From Heteronotia binoei (Eukaryota): a stretch of DNA of 64,000 nucleotides. This document shows, one piece after another, positions 11,900 to 22,698 of the stretch (position 1 is its first letter; every line of letters begins with the position of its first letter). The notes under the pieces were generated by a model. It had not been told where the DNA came from, searched no databases, and saw nothing but the letters and a program-made list of their open reading frames with translations. The position numbers were made by a program, and so were the translations under genes. The stretch spans positions 15,872,001 through 15,936,000 of the forward strand of contig NC_083235.1 of the NCBI RefSeq assembly GCF_032191835.1, written 5' to 3'.

Positions 11900-14800
11900 G
11901 ATACTCAATCTTCCACCAATCACCGACTAGCGGGTGGGGGGGGGAATGGCCCTATTCATACGAGAGGCTTACTCCTTTCGGGCTCTCCCAGACCCAGAGA
12001 TCAATGGTATTGAATGTGCCAGTCTGGCATAGGACATTGGGGAGGGGTTGGCGATATGGCTGGTGTTCCGTCCGCCTAATGCACCAGCCAGCACCTTACC
12101 ATCCCTGATGGAGGCCGTAGCAGGCTGAGCATTGGAGTACCCAAGGCTAGTGATCCTGGGTGACTTCAATGTCCATGCTGATGATACAACCTCCAGCCAA
12201 GCGATGGACCTAGTGTCATCCATGGCGACACTGGGGCTCTCCCAATTTGTTACATTGCCCACCCACCAGGCGGGGCACATGTTAGACTTGATCTTCACGG
12301 CAGGGGTTTTGGTGGATGATATTATTGCTAAAGCAGTGCCATGGTCGGCCCACCTCGCTCTTAAGGCTCGTGTGGTTGTCCCACTCCAAGCCTTTTTAGG
12401 CGACAAGCATATTTTGGCTAGCTCGCAGAGCCTGATGGACCCAGAGAAGTTCCAAAGGACTCTACGGGATCCCTTGCCCCCTGGCAATTCTCTTGATGAC
12501 CTGGTTGAGTCTTGGAATGGCCGGCTCTCCAGAGCCATCAATGAGATCGCACCTTGGTGCCCTCGGCGCCCTCGGATTAAGCTGGCGCAGTGGAATTGTG
12601 GCAGCTGAAACGAGGGCTCAGACGGCTAGAGAGGCAATGGTGGCATTGTTGAGACGAACATCTTATAGAGAGTTTATGAGATCCTATGAGATGGCAGCAC
12701 CTGGAATTGTGGCAGCTGAAACGAGGGCTCAGACGGCTAGAGAGGCAATGGTGGCATTGTTGAGACGAACATCTTATAGAGAGTTTATGAGATCCTATGA
12801 GATGGCAGTCAAAGCCACAAAGAAAACTTTCTTTGCGGCCAAGATTGTGTCTGCAAATTCGCCTGACACAATTGTTTAGGACAATTAGGACTCTCACAGC
12901 ACTGCCGCAAGGCAGGCCAAATGCTTGGGAATTGGAGATAGGCTGTGAGGATTTTGCGAAATTTTTTGCAGATAAAATCTCGTCACTCCGTCGTGACCTC
13001 CCCACCACATTGGAGACAGTATGTGAACTCGAGGCTCCATGCCTATCTTCAGGACCAGTTCTGGATTGCTTCGGCATGCTCAGTCTGAAGGCAGTTGACA
13101 GAATCTTCCTCACTGTACACCCAACAACGTGATTTGGACCCTTGCCCTTCCTGGCTAATTAAAGCTTGCCAGAGGGAGCTTAGATGTCCTATACGGGACA
13201 TTGTAAATAGATCCCTCTCGGAGGGGCTTTTTCCAACGCCTCTTAAAGAGGCTGTGATCCATTCCATCTTGAAAAAAGTTACATCAGATCCACCCAAATT
13301 GGCAAATTACTGGCCGGTCTTGAATTTACCCTTTTTGGGTAAAATTATTGAGAGGACAGTGGCGCTACAGTTACAGGGGTTTCTGGATGATGCTTCCATT
13401 CTAGACACCCACCAATCTGGCTTTTGGTCAGGTCATGGGACGGAGACAGTGCTGGTCACCCTAGTGGATGACCTCCAGGGGCATCTGGATTGAGGTGGCT
13501 TGGCGGTGCTGATGTTGTTAGACCTAGCGGCTGCGTTCAATACGGTCGACCATTGGCTACTGACCCGCCGCCTTGCCGACACGGGCATTTAGGGGTCAGC
13601 CTTGCAATGGCTTTCCTCTTGTCCTTCTTTCGAGGACAAAGGGTGGCAATTGAGGGAGACCTGTCCCAGAGGCACCCGCTTAATTGTGGGGTGCCACAGG
13701 GGGCGGTGCTCTCCTCGATGTTTTTCAACATCTACACATGCCCCCTTACCCAGATTTCCTGGGGGTATGGTTTGGGTTGTCACCAATATGCTGATGACAC
13801 CCAACTTTATCTACTAATGGATGGATGACCTGACTGTGTCCCAGAAAATCTAGATCTGGCACTGCAGGCTGTGGTGCGGTGGCTCAGGCTGAGTAGGTTG
13901 AAGATGAATCCAGTGAAGACTGAGGTCCTTTGCCTGAGTCGGGGCGATCTGGGAAGGGAAATCCCCCTACCAGCGTTTGACGGTGCATCATTGAAAATGG
14001 CGCACAAGGTCAAGAGCTTGGGGGTGCTACTGGAGCCTGCCCTGTCAATGGAGGCCCAGATAGCAGCCACTGCTAAATCCACTTTTTTTTCCATCTTAGG
14101 CGGGTGAAGCAGTTGGTCACCTTCCTGGACCACAACGACCTGGCAATAGTGATCCATGCATCGATCACCTCGAGGTTGGACTACTGTAATGCCCTCTACA
14201 TGGGGCTGCCATCAGCTATTGCAGATCGCAGTGGCCGGGCTGTTATTGGGGCTCCCTAGATGGGAGCACATACAGGTCAGGCTGCAGGAACTGCACTGGC
14301 TGCCAATAGTGTACCAGATTTGTTACAGGGTGCTGGTTATTACCTTTAAAGCCCTATATGGCCAAGGACCTGCCTACCTTAGGGACTGTCTCTCCCCAAA
14401 TATCCCCCAAAGGGTGCTGCGATCTGGTTCGCAAAATCTATTGGTAATCCCGAAGCCGAGGGAGGCCATACTGAAAGTCACCAGAGAAAGGGCCTTCTTG
14501 ATTGTACCCCCCCCAATGGTGGAACCAATTGTTAGAGTGTCAAGCTATGTGAATCTTTCTTTCTTGTACTAATCTGATGCTAATGAAATATTGCAATTGA
14601 ATGTATCTGTAAAGCTTCACGAATGCTACTAACCAAAGCCAAGATGGGCACATCAAAGCAGGGAATATTTAGGGGGTAGTTTGCTCCTCTCACTTTTACT
14701 AACAAATGCAGGAATTTGCCCTTTGAAGATAAAGCACCTCCAGGGAAGGTTCCTCGGCCTGACCCCAAGGAAGGAAACCACAAAGAGATAAGGGAATGCC

Positions 14801-15265
14801 GTGTGAATCTTCACACGGGAATGTAGCATTGTTTAGAGAATGTACTTTTGTTTAGAAAACGCTTTGATGTGTCACCTTAAGTAATGCCTTTCACTGTTAC
14901 TGTGTATCAGTTCCAATCTTCAGCTCAGCTCTGGACTATTGAATAAATCATACTTTGTTTCAAATCAAAGACTGGTTACTTTGAGATCCAATAGCTTGAC
15001 ATTGAGGAGGTGTGGGCCTTGCAGAGCCTTGCCCAGTTCTGCAGGGCCTGAAAGACTACTCTTTTCCAGCTGGCCTATACTTAAGAAGGAATCCATTGTA
15101 GAAGGAATACCATTGCCACGGAAAAACTGTATAACATCAAGATTTAGCTCCAAACTAATTTAGTTGGTTTTAATGTTTGATTTGCAATATATGATTTAAT
15201 GTATGATTTATAATATGCATGTATGATCTGCTTTGGCGGGGAGGGCAGGATATAAATTAAATAAT
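11900..15265 (+). mobile_element. Degraded L2-clade LINE (APE endonuclease + reverse transcriptase)
   Basis: EN motifs ILGDFNVHAD and GHMLDLIF; RT motifs GVPQGAVLS and YADDTQLY; many stops and frameshifts; L2-type 3' end continues after the LTR at ~15002-15265. 5' boundary uncertain. Confidence 0.85.
14538..15001 (+). mobile_element. Solo LTR (464 bp) inserted in the L2 3' region
   Basis: 10-bp terminal inverted repeat TGTCAAGCTA/TAGCTTGACA, 5-bp TSD tagag/ttgag, AATAAA at 14942-14947; host L2 is colinear across it. Confidence 0.8.
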
Positions 15266-15437
15266 ATTAGTATAAAAACTGTGGTCAAGTGGCAAATTTC
15301 TTGCACAATTGGTGGGGATGTCCTGTTATTAAATTCTTTTGGTTGCAGGTATTAACAGCAATCGGAGAAATACTCTCAGTAGAGATTCCTCTCACAACAG
15401 AAGCATTTTTTCTTGACTTTTGGGCACCACGCACATT

Positions 15438-15738
15438 AAGGTAAAAGTAGTCCCCTGTGCAAGGACCAGTTGTTTTCGACTCTGGGGTGACGTTGCTTTC
15501 ACAGCATTTTCACAGCAGACTTTTTACGGGGTGGTTTGCCGTTGCCTTCCCCAGTCATCTACACTCCCCACCCCCCAGCAAGCTGGGTACTCATTTTACT
15601 GACCTCAGAAGGGTGGAAAGCTGAGTCAACCTCGTGCCGGCCGCCTGAACCCAGCTTCAGCCAGGATCGAACTCAGGTCATGAGCAAAGCTTAGGACTGC
15701 AGTACTGCAGCTTTACCGCTCTGCGCCACAGGGCTCTT
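15438..15738 (-). mobile_element. Sauria SINE
   Basis: tRNA-related head (gagccc.gtggcgcagag.ggtaaagctgcagtactgcagtcc), BovB-like 3' part, ACCTTT-type tail on minus strand. Confidence 0.85.
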
Positions 15739-15989
15739 CTACCATGCACATTAGACTCTCACAAAAAAGAGATCACTCTGATCCTAGTTTCCATAGCTAA
15801 GACTTGCTGCTAAGTGGAAAGCTAAAAATGCTTCCACAATTCAGTCCTGGTGTATTAAAATCTGGGACTGCTTCATACAAAGTAAACTAACCTTTTCCCT
15901 TAATTACTCTTCGCCACATGTGTATGAAAAAACAATAGTTCAACCTTGGTTTCCTGTTATTTCGTATTTAATGGATAATGGATTTAATG

Positions 15990-16260
15990 CCGACATAGGA
16001 GTCCAGAGGATTGCCTTGCAGTGGTTTTCCTCCTTTCTCCGTGGTCAGGGACAAAGGGTGGCCCTTGGTGAGCAGACCTCTTTGTGATACCCACTAGAGT
16101 GTGGTGTACCGCAAGGAGCTATTCTCTCACCAATGATATTTACCATCTATGTGTGCCCCCTTGCCCAGATTGCTCGAGGTTTTGGGCTGGGCTGTCACCA
16201 ATACGCGGATGACACCCAGCTCTATCTGTTGATGGATGGCCGCCTACTTTGCCAACTCCC
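15990..16260 (+). mobile_element. L2 LINE RT fragment
   Basis: GVPQGAILSPMIFTIY...CHQYADDTQLY, homologous to 13690-13820. Confidence 0.8.
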
Positions 16261-16269
16261 ATGCGCCGG

Positions 16270-17027
16270 CCCTGGATGGGAGACTGTCCTTGAAATACCC
16301 AATCAGGAGGACGAAGCAGGCTTTCAGCCACCTCTCTGAATATCCTCCAGGCCTCCAGTAGGGGTCAGTCACATCAAAACACAGAAATTCCAAGAGAGAG
16401 AGAGAAAAGTTATCAAAGACAACGCAGGCTAAGTTTCAATCAGCTGGCCTCGAGATGTGCGCATGAACAGAGAAGCTTAGCCAAAACTTGAGACCAAGTG
16501 CGTAACTAAAAGTAGACATCTTATACCCCTTAAAAAGCTGGTTGTGAGTGATTAATCAAGGCTAGGTATCCCAAACACTTGGATGAGCCAAGCCATCTTG
16601 CACCTGGCATCCGGTGGCAGGGGGGCACAGTCAACAACCATCTTCCTTATCTTCACACCCCTTCCAACCCTCCCAGCAATTAACACAGAACAATGGTCAC
16701 ATTCAACAGCCAGTTTCGTTATAACTTCCCTTCCAGGAAGCCCCACCAAACAATGGGCACATCCACAAACCAATTGCCCTCTCAACACCCCTCCTCCAGC
16801 CTAGAAATAGCAGCTCTCCAGCAGCCCTGGCCTCACTCAATGCACAGCAGCCAAGAAGGTCAGAGCGCCTGCTCTGGCTGCAACGCCACTGAGGATGTTC
16901 TCCGCAGCTGAGAACAAAACGTCTGGAAGAAAAACTTTCTCCAGTAGAACACGGCACTTGAGCCCAAAAGATTCTACAAACCCTAATGATGTTGCCAGTC
17001 GTGAAAACCTGAAATCTTTCTAATAAT
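16270..17027 (+). mobile_element. Penelope-like element 3' end (pseudo-LTR region)
   Basis: Terminal signature ...acggcacttgagcccaaaagattctacaaaccc...gccagtcgtgaaaacctgaaatc plus an embedded hammerhead motif; 5' boundary uncertain. Confidence 0.6.
16886..16926 (+). ncRNA. Minimal type I hammerhead ribozyme relic (one core mutation)
   Basis: CCA-CTGAGGA-T-GTTCTC(CGCAGCT)GAGAAC-[A]AAAC-GTC-TGG: stem I CCA/TGG, CUGANGA box, perfect 6-bp stem II, palindromic ACGT stem III, GUC site. GAAA is now AAAA at 16916, a CpG-type change. Confidence 0.7.
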
Positions 17028-17029
17028 AC

Positions 17030-17230
17030 TTTTCCATCACATTCCCAGAGGAAAAGGAAGAACCTTATTAGCTGTCTTAGTATTATTCTGAAGTCAGGGG
17101 AGAGACACTTCCTTGGCTTCATCTCAGAGTCCTCCCTCTCCCCCAAAGGAGATTACCTCAGCCTGATCTCTAGGGCATGTTCCCAAAATAAAGCCCAAGA
17201 GTTTCCCAGGTCCTTAAATATCCTAAACGC
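17030..17230 (+). promoter_or_regulatory. Candidate OR promoter module, copy 2 (paralog of 2869-3065)
   Basis: TTCCCAGAGG (17042-17051), CTTATTAG, TCTCTAGGGC (17167-17176) followed by ATGTTCCCA as in copy 1; donor-like GTAAGT at 17552 and AAG|GTAAGG at 17604. Confidence 0.55.
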
Positions 17231-19100
17231 ATCAAGGTTTCGGGCATACACTGCTCCTGATTTCAACCCAAATCTCTCCAGTCCAATAGCACTCTCTCAC
17301 GCTGGCTCTCAAAATGACTTTCCTCTCATTGAATTATTTCCCTATGCAGCAAAGAACCTCTGGTTAAGAATCTGAAGTCTCACAGGCATCTTTATGGTAA
17401 AAGCTGGAAGAGAAGACTCGATAACGACAGGGCAATTCAACATATGGAAGAACTAGAATATGAATGAGGGAAGCTATTCCTGCTTCCCTTCACCTTATCT
17501 TCCCGCAGCCCATTGTTTGAAGTTATTTTCTCGCACCCGGAAGCCGGTACAGTAAGTCAGCCCAGCTGAGAGAGAAATTCTTAACACGCTGGCTAAAAGC
17601 AAGGTAAGGCACATGAGAACATAACAAGAGCCCTGATGGATCGGACCAGGCCCGTAGCTACAGGGGGGCCCGGGGGTCAGGCCTATCCTTTCAATCCCCC
17701 CTTCCAACTGTAGGGCCCATCCATTGGAGGGCCCCCAATCTGACCTTTTCGTTCACCCCCTCTCTGAACAGGTAGTAGCATTGCTGCTGGCCTCTTCACT
17801 TTCTTCTCTCTTTCCTAACACATCATGCAGAGCAAAAGGGGGGTGGGCTGAGTTAGCTTGTGAAACTCAAGGCAGCTTACAGTGCCGAGAGCCCAGGGCA
17901 ACCAAATAACAAATCCTGCTGTGGGCCCCACCAAACATGAAATCCTGGCTACGGCCCTGTTTTGAAATGAATTCACAGGATAGCCTCTTGCTTGGAATCT
18001 GAACATTTTCCTCCGCCTCATGGATGACCACCCAAAACCCACCTGGAAATGGGAGGTTATCTTTTTTTCAATAAATTAGTTTGCTCTGGAGGCATTTCTC
18101 ATGAGTCATGAAAAATCGCTCAGCTAAACCCTCCAGCAGTGCTGCTTTAAATAACTTTCGGCACGCTCCATGTCACCACCCGCCAAAATTAGAGCTGACC
18201 AACCAGGCTGGCCTCCCCAGATTACGAAGAGAGAGCCCTCCCCTGCCTGCGCAGCAATCCGGCCCCTTCAGGTGAGTCTTTGGCCGCATTTGTGAGCTAC
18301 TGCATAAATTAGTTTGTTCTGGGGGCATTTCTCATGCTCCAAGACAAAAGTGTGTGAGCTGGAGGCTAGAAAACTGTGAGCGAGCTCACACTCAGCTTAG
18401 AGTGAACACTGCATGCCAGCATTGAAACTTTTCAGTGCGAGAGATCCAACCAGCCCAAGCAGGCCTCACTCGCCTGGGGCTCTCCTGGGCCACTCCCCCC
18501 CCCTAGTCAAAAGGCCAGCAAGTAGGCAATTGCCTAGGGTGCCAGCCTTCTGGGGGTGCCAAATCGGATGCCCCCCCCCCACATGACTCAGTGAAGGAGG
18601 TCTCCCATCCAAATACGTGCCAGATTTGGCTGAGCTTAGCTTCTGAGATCTGTCAAGATCAGACTTGCCTGGGCTGCCCAGGTCAGGGAGCAATTTCAAG
18701 TTCTGTGCTTTTCGTTTTCCCCACAATTCATGATCATTAGTTTATGATCGTTAGTTATCAGTGCCAGGGGGAGGCAGAAATTAACCTTGCCTGGGGTGCC
18801 AGATAATCTAGGGCCAGCCCTGAGCACATGTGCCAAAAAAAAAAACCACCCAGAAAAATTAATCTTCAATGTGAGGGTGAACTGACAGAAGTCTGTTGGG
18901 GGGGGGAGGAGACAAAAAAAATGCAAGTGTGAACTGACTGCACCAATCGCAACAACACCCATAGAAACCCAAAAGGTAGCTGCAGTCCAGAAAATGCCTT
19001 TGCATGATTAGATACCCCCCCTCCCCAAGAATTTCTTTTAAAGTGTTCATGTGACCCATTAGTAAGGCAGGTCTCAGTCGTCAAAAGTTTAGATTATATT

Positions 19101-19504
19101 CTTCCTAGACGCACAAAAAAATATTGTTATATGCAATTACTATTGCGAGAATCCTTTATGCAAAATATTGGAAAGTATCAAAAGTACCAGATAGAAATGA
19201 ATTTATACAGAATTTGCTAGAAGTCGCAGAGATGGATACTCTTACTGTAAGACTAAGAGGAGGTAATCTACAAGACTGTAAAAAGACTTGGAATAATTTG
19301 TATATTTGGATAAATAACAAGAACTGATAAGGAAATAAGTTGTATATTGCGAAACTACCCTCTATGCTCCTTGGGTTGAGGGGGTGTTGGGTGTTGGTGT
19401 TGGGTTTGGTGGTGGATAGGTTTTATTACTTGTATACATATTATGTTGTTGGTTACTGTTTATGGATATATGGAAATGTCAATAAAACCTGATTTTGGAA
19501 AAAA
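19101..19504 (+). mobile_element. 5'-truncated L1 LINE 3' end
   Basis: ORF2 C-terminus (MLYAITIARILYAKYWK...EVAEMDTLT...W), AATAAA and poly(A); 18-bp TSD aaaagtttagattatatt (19083-19100, 19505-19522). Confidence 0.85.
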
Positions 19505-20610
19505 AAAAGTTTAGATTATATTATAGCCCTCTTAGATGATCTGATTTCAAGGAATCAATTTTCATGGATACAGAACATTTCATTTTAGAATCTTTTCTAC
19601 TTGATTATTATTACTTGAAAGATCTAATTTGGATTCAGCAGAGAAATTTAAATTCAGATAATACCGTCTAAAAAGCAGTGCTCCCCAAATAGTATAAGAT
19701 CTTTATTGAGCCCTGGACTCTCTTCCTTGATTTCAGTTTTCTATATTAAAAAATACACAATATGTTTGTCCCATGTGGTTATAAGCTATGGAGATAAAGG
19801 TCTGAAGACTATAGAAGATGTAGTTTTGAGCAAGATTTGACATATGAGGAAATTACCTTTAAATTGGACCTTTTAGTAACCATAACAAATGGAATAGGAA
19901 GTTACAGATAAATGTCAGACCAGAGGAGTGAAAATGGTTATTCCACATTGCTTTGCCTAGATTTATGTCCACAAGATTAAGGGAGCATTTTTAACGAGTG
20001 CTTGGAGATCTCCCATCAAAATACTAACCAGGATTGACCCTGTTTAGCTTCTAAGATCTGTTGAGACTAGGCTAGCCTGGGCTACTCAAGTCAAGTAGTA
20101 TATGAAATCATTTTTGGAGATATGGATCATTTGCTGCTGGGTTTATTTCTACCTTTTGAGGTGTGCAAAAACACAAAATTTGGAAGATTTCTGTAAACCA
20201 TTTCATTAATGATAGGTTAAATATTAGTTTACCTCATGATTCAAAAATTATATTATTCAAGATTATATCATTTTGACATATTTGGAATCTTGTGTTAATC
20301 CTTCTTGAGGCTGCTAAAATAATCCTTGCTACTAGATGGAGGCAGACCCTTCAGCTCCAAGAGCTGCATTGAGCTTTGCCTGGGTGGGTGGGGAATGATG
20401 TGGAATATAAGTCAAATAAACAATATTTTAAATACATTTATGGAATGTTGGGCTCCGTTCATAATGTTCTAGAAATATAAGAAAATAGAGGAAATTTCTC
20501 TTTATGTTTTCTATGAGCTACTATCTGTGGTACTGGTATTTAAATTTGAAGAATTACAGAAGGTTGGTTATCATAAATTGTGGTTTACTTATTAACTAGC
20601 AGGAATAGCT

Positions 20611-21090
20611 NNNNNNNNNNNNNNNNNNNNNNNNNNNNNNNNNNNNNNNNNNNNNNNNNNNNNNNNNNNNNNNNNNNNNNNNNNNNNNNNNNNNNNNNNN
20701 NNNNNNNNNNNNNNNNNNNNNNNNNNNNNNNNNNNNNNNNNNNNNNNNNNNNNNNNNNNNNNNNNNNNNNNNNNNNNNNNNNNNNNNNNNNNNNNNNNNN
20801 NNNNNNNNNNNNNNNNNNNNNNNNNNNNNNNNNNNNNNNNNNNNNNNNNNNNNNNNNNNNNNNNNNNNNNNNNNNNNNNNNNNNNNNNNNNNNNNNNNNN
20901 NNNNNNNNNNNNNNNNNNNNNNNNNNNNNNNNNNNNNNNNNNNNNNNNNNNNNNNNNNNNNNNNNNNNNNNNNNNNNNNNNNNNNNNNNNNNNNNNNNNN
21001 NNNNNNNNNNNNNNNNNNNNNNNNNNNNNNNNNNNNNNNNNNNNNNNNNNNNNNNNNNNNNNNNNNNNNNNNNNNNNNNNNNNNNNNNNN
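20611..21090. other. Assembly gap (480 N)
   Basis: Run of N. Confidence 1.
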
Positions 21091-21227
21091 AACAAATGGC
21101 TATGTGTTCAAATTACAAACTATCATTTATATGGCAAAGATGTGCCTTTAACTGCACTCACTTTCACTCCAGATACACGGCAGATGACAGGGCCCTACTG
21201 TGAGGAAAATGCCGTTTAACTCTGCCT

Positions 21228-22176
21228 ATGGATACGAAGAATCAAACCACAGAGTTCATCCTGCTGGGCATCTCTGACCGGCCAGAGCTGCGGACCCCCC
21301 TCTTTTGTGTCTTCCTGGACCATGTACGTTCTGACGGTGACAGGGAACCTCCTCACAGTCATCGCCATCCAGTCAGAATGCCCAACTCGTGCACAACCCC
21401 CATGTACTTCTTCCTCAGCTGCCTCTCTATGGTGGATGTGTGCTTCACCTCAATCATCATTCCCACGATGCTGCTGAGTCTACTGAATACACAGGGCCAA
21501 GGCGGGGACCATTTCTTACACTGGTTTGTCTTACTCAGATGTACTTCTTTTTGGCCTTGGGGAACACAGATAGTTACCTCTTGGGAGCCATGGCCATCGA
21601 CCGCTACGTGGCCATCTGCGACCCTCTCCATTATGCCAAAGTTATGAACCAACGGCTATGTTTACTACTCTTCACGGTGGTCTTGCCTCATCTCCCATCT
21701 CCCACTCCATTCTCCAGACCATCGCTCACTTCCTTCCTTATCTTCTGTGGCTCCAACAGGATCCCCCCATTTCTTCTGCGACCTCCAACCCTTTGCTGAA
21801 GCTCTCTTGCTCTGACACGAGCACTCAGGAACTGCTGGCAATGACTGAAACCTTAGCTGTCATCATGACCCCCTTCCATGTGTATTGTAGTCTCTTATGC
21901 CCGCATCCTTGTGACCGTGCTGAGGGTGCCTTCAGCCAAAGGAAAGCGCAAGGCATTCTCTACTTGTGGGTCTCACCTGACAGTAGTCAGCCTCTTCTAT
22001 GGGGCATTACCTGGGTTTACTTCCGCCCCTTATCCCAGCTACGCAGCGTCAAAGACAGAGTGGCTGCCCTCATGTACACAGTGATCACCCCAATGCTGAA
22101 CCCTTTCATCTATAGCCTGAGAAATAGAGACATGCAAAATGCCCTCAAGAAAGTGGTGGGACGAAAGATGAATTAG
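21228..22176 (+). pseudogene. OR1L-like: OR1L-like olfactory receptor, frameshifted as assembled (possibly an intact gene with sequencing errors)
   Basis: Close paralog of 9619-10545 from MDTKNQTTEFILLG to [28 protein letters not shown]; about 10 single-base indels; no substitution-derived stop seen in the corrected frame. Confidence 0.9.
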
Positions 22177-22178
22177 AG

Positions 22179-22698
22179 CAGGGATGTCAAACTCATTTGT
22201 TATGAGGGCCAGATCTGACATAAATGAGACCCTGTTGGCCGGGCCATGTCAGGTTGGGCCGAGCCATGTCAGGCCAGGCCATGTGTGCACCTATTTAAGA
22301 TTAGGTAGCAAAGATATTAACTTTATAAAGGATACAAACACAATTATATATATTTTAAAAAACTTAAAATATGCTTAAAATGTTAGCACTTGTTTTAAGG
22401 TGCTTTTCTTTGTATTTATCCCATGGGATCCAGGGAAATGAGCAAAGGAAGCTGTGGCTCTTTTCTTTCTTCTCCATGGGACTGGGGGGGGGGGAGGAGC
22501 ATCAGCCAATGGAAGGAAGAGAGGTTTGGCTCAGTAGATCTGCTGTGCGATTGAGCAAGCCTTGCAAAGCAAGCTGTTATGCAGAAGGAAGCAAGATATA
22601 AGGAGAAGGGAGCAGAAGACAACCAGTTGTTCAGGGGCCTAATAGGAGCCCTCCAGGGGCCTGGATTCGGCCCCCGGATTGCATGTTTGACACCCCTG
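22179..22698. mobile_element. hAT MITE (CAGGGGTGTCAAAC family) immediately after the OR stop codon
   Basis: TIRs CAGGGATGTCAAAC/GTTTGACACCCCTG; 8-bp TSD aattagag (22171-22178)/aattaggg (22699-22706). Confidence 0.9.

Noticed and set aside
11969-14572. Cluster of 110-190-aa ORFs as a possible gene or operon
   Set aside because: They are sense and antisense pieces of one decayed L2 LINE.
16981-17020. Second hammerhead (CTAATGA...GAAATC) in the Penelope 3' end
   Set aside because: Core box mismatched, no convincing stem II and wrong spacing before GAAA.
20328-20345. CTCF-like motifs (ctactagatggagg; also cccactaggtgtgc at ~51892)
   Set aside because: Mismatches at core positions; expected by chance in 64 kb.
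20580-21203. ORFs spanning N runs (also 54375-55073)
   Set aside because: Artefacts of translating assembly gaps.
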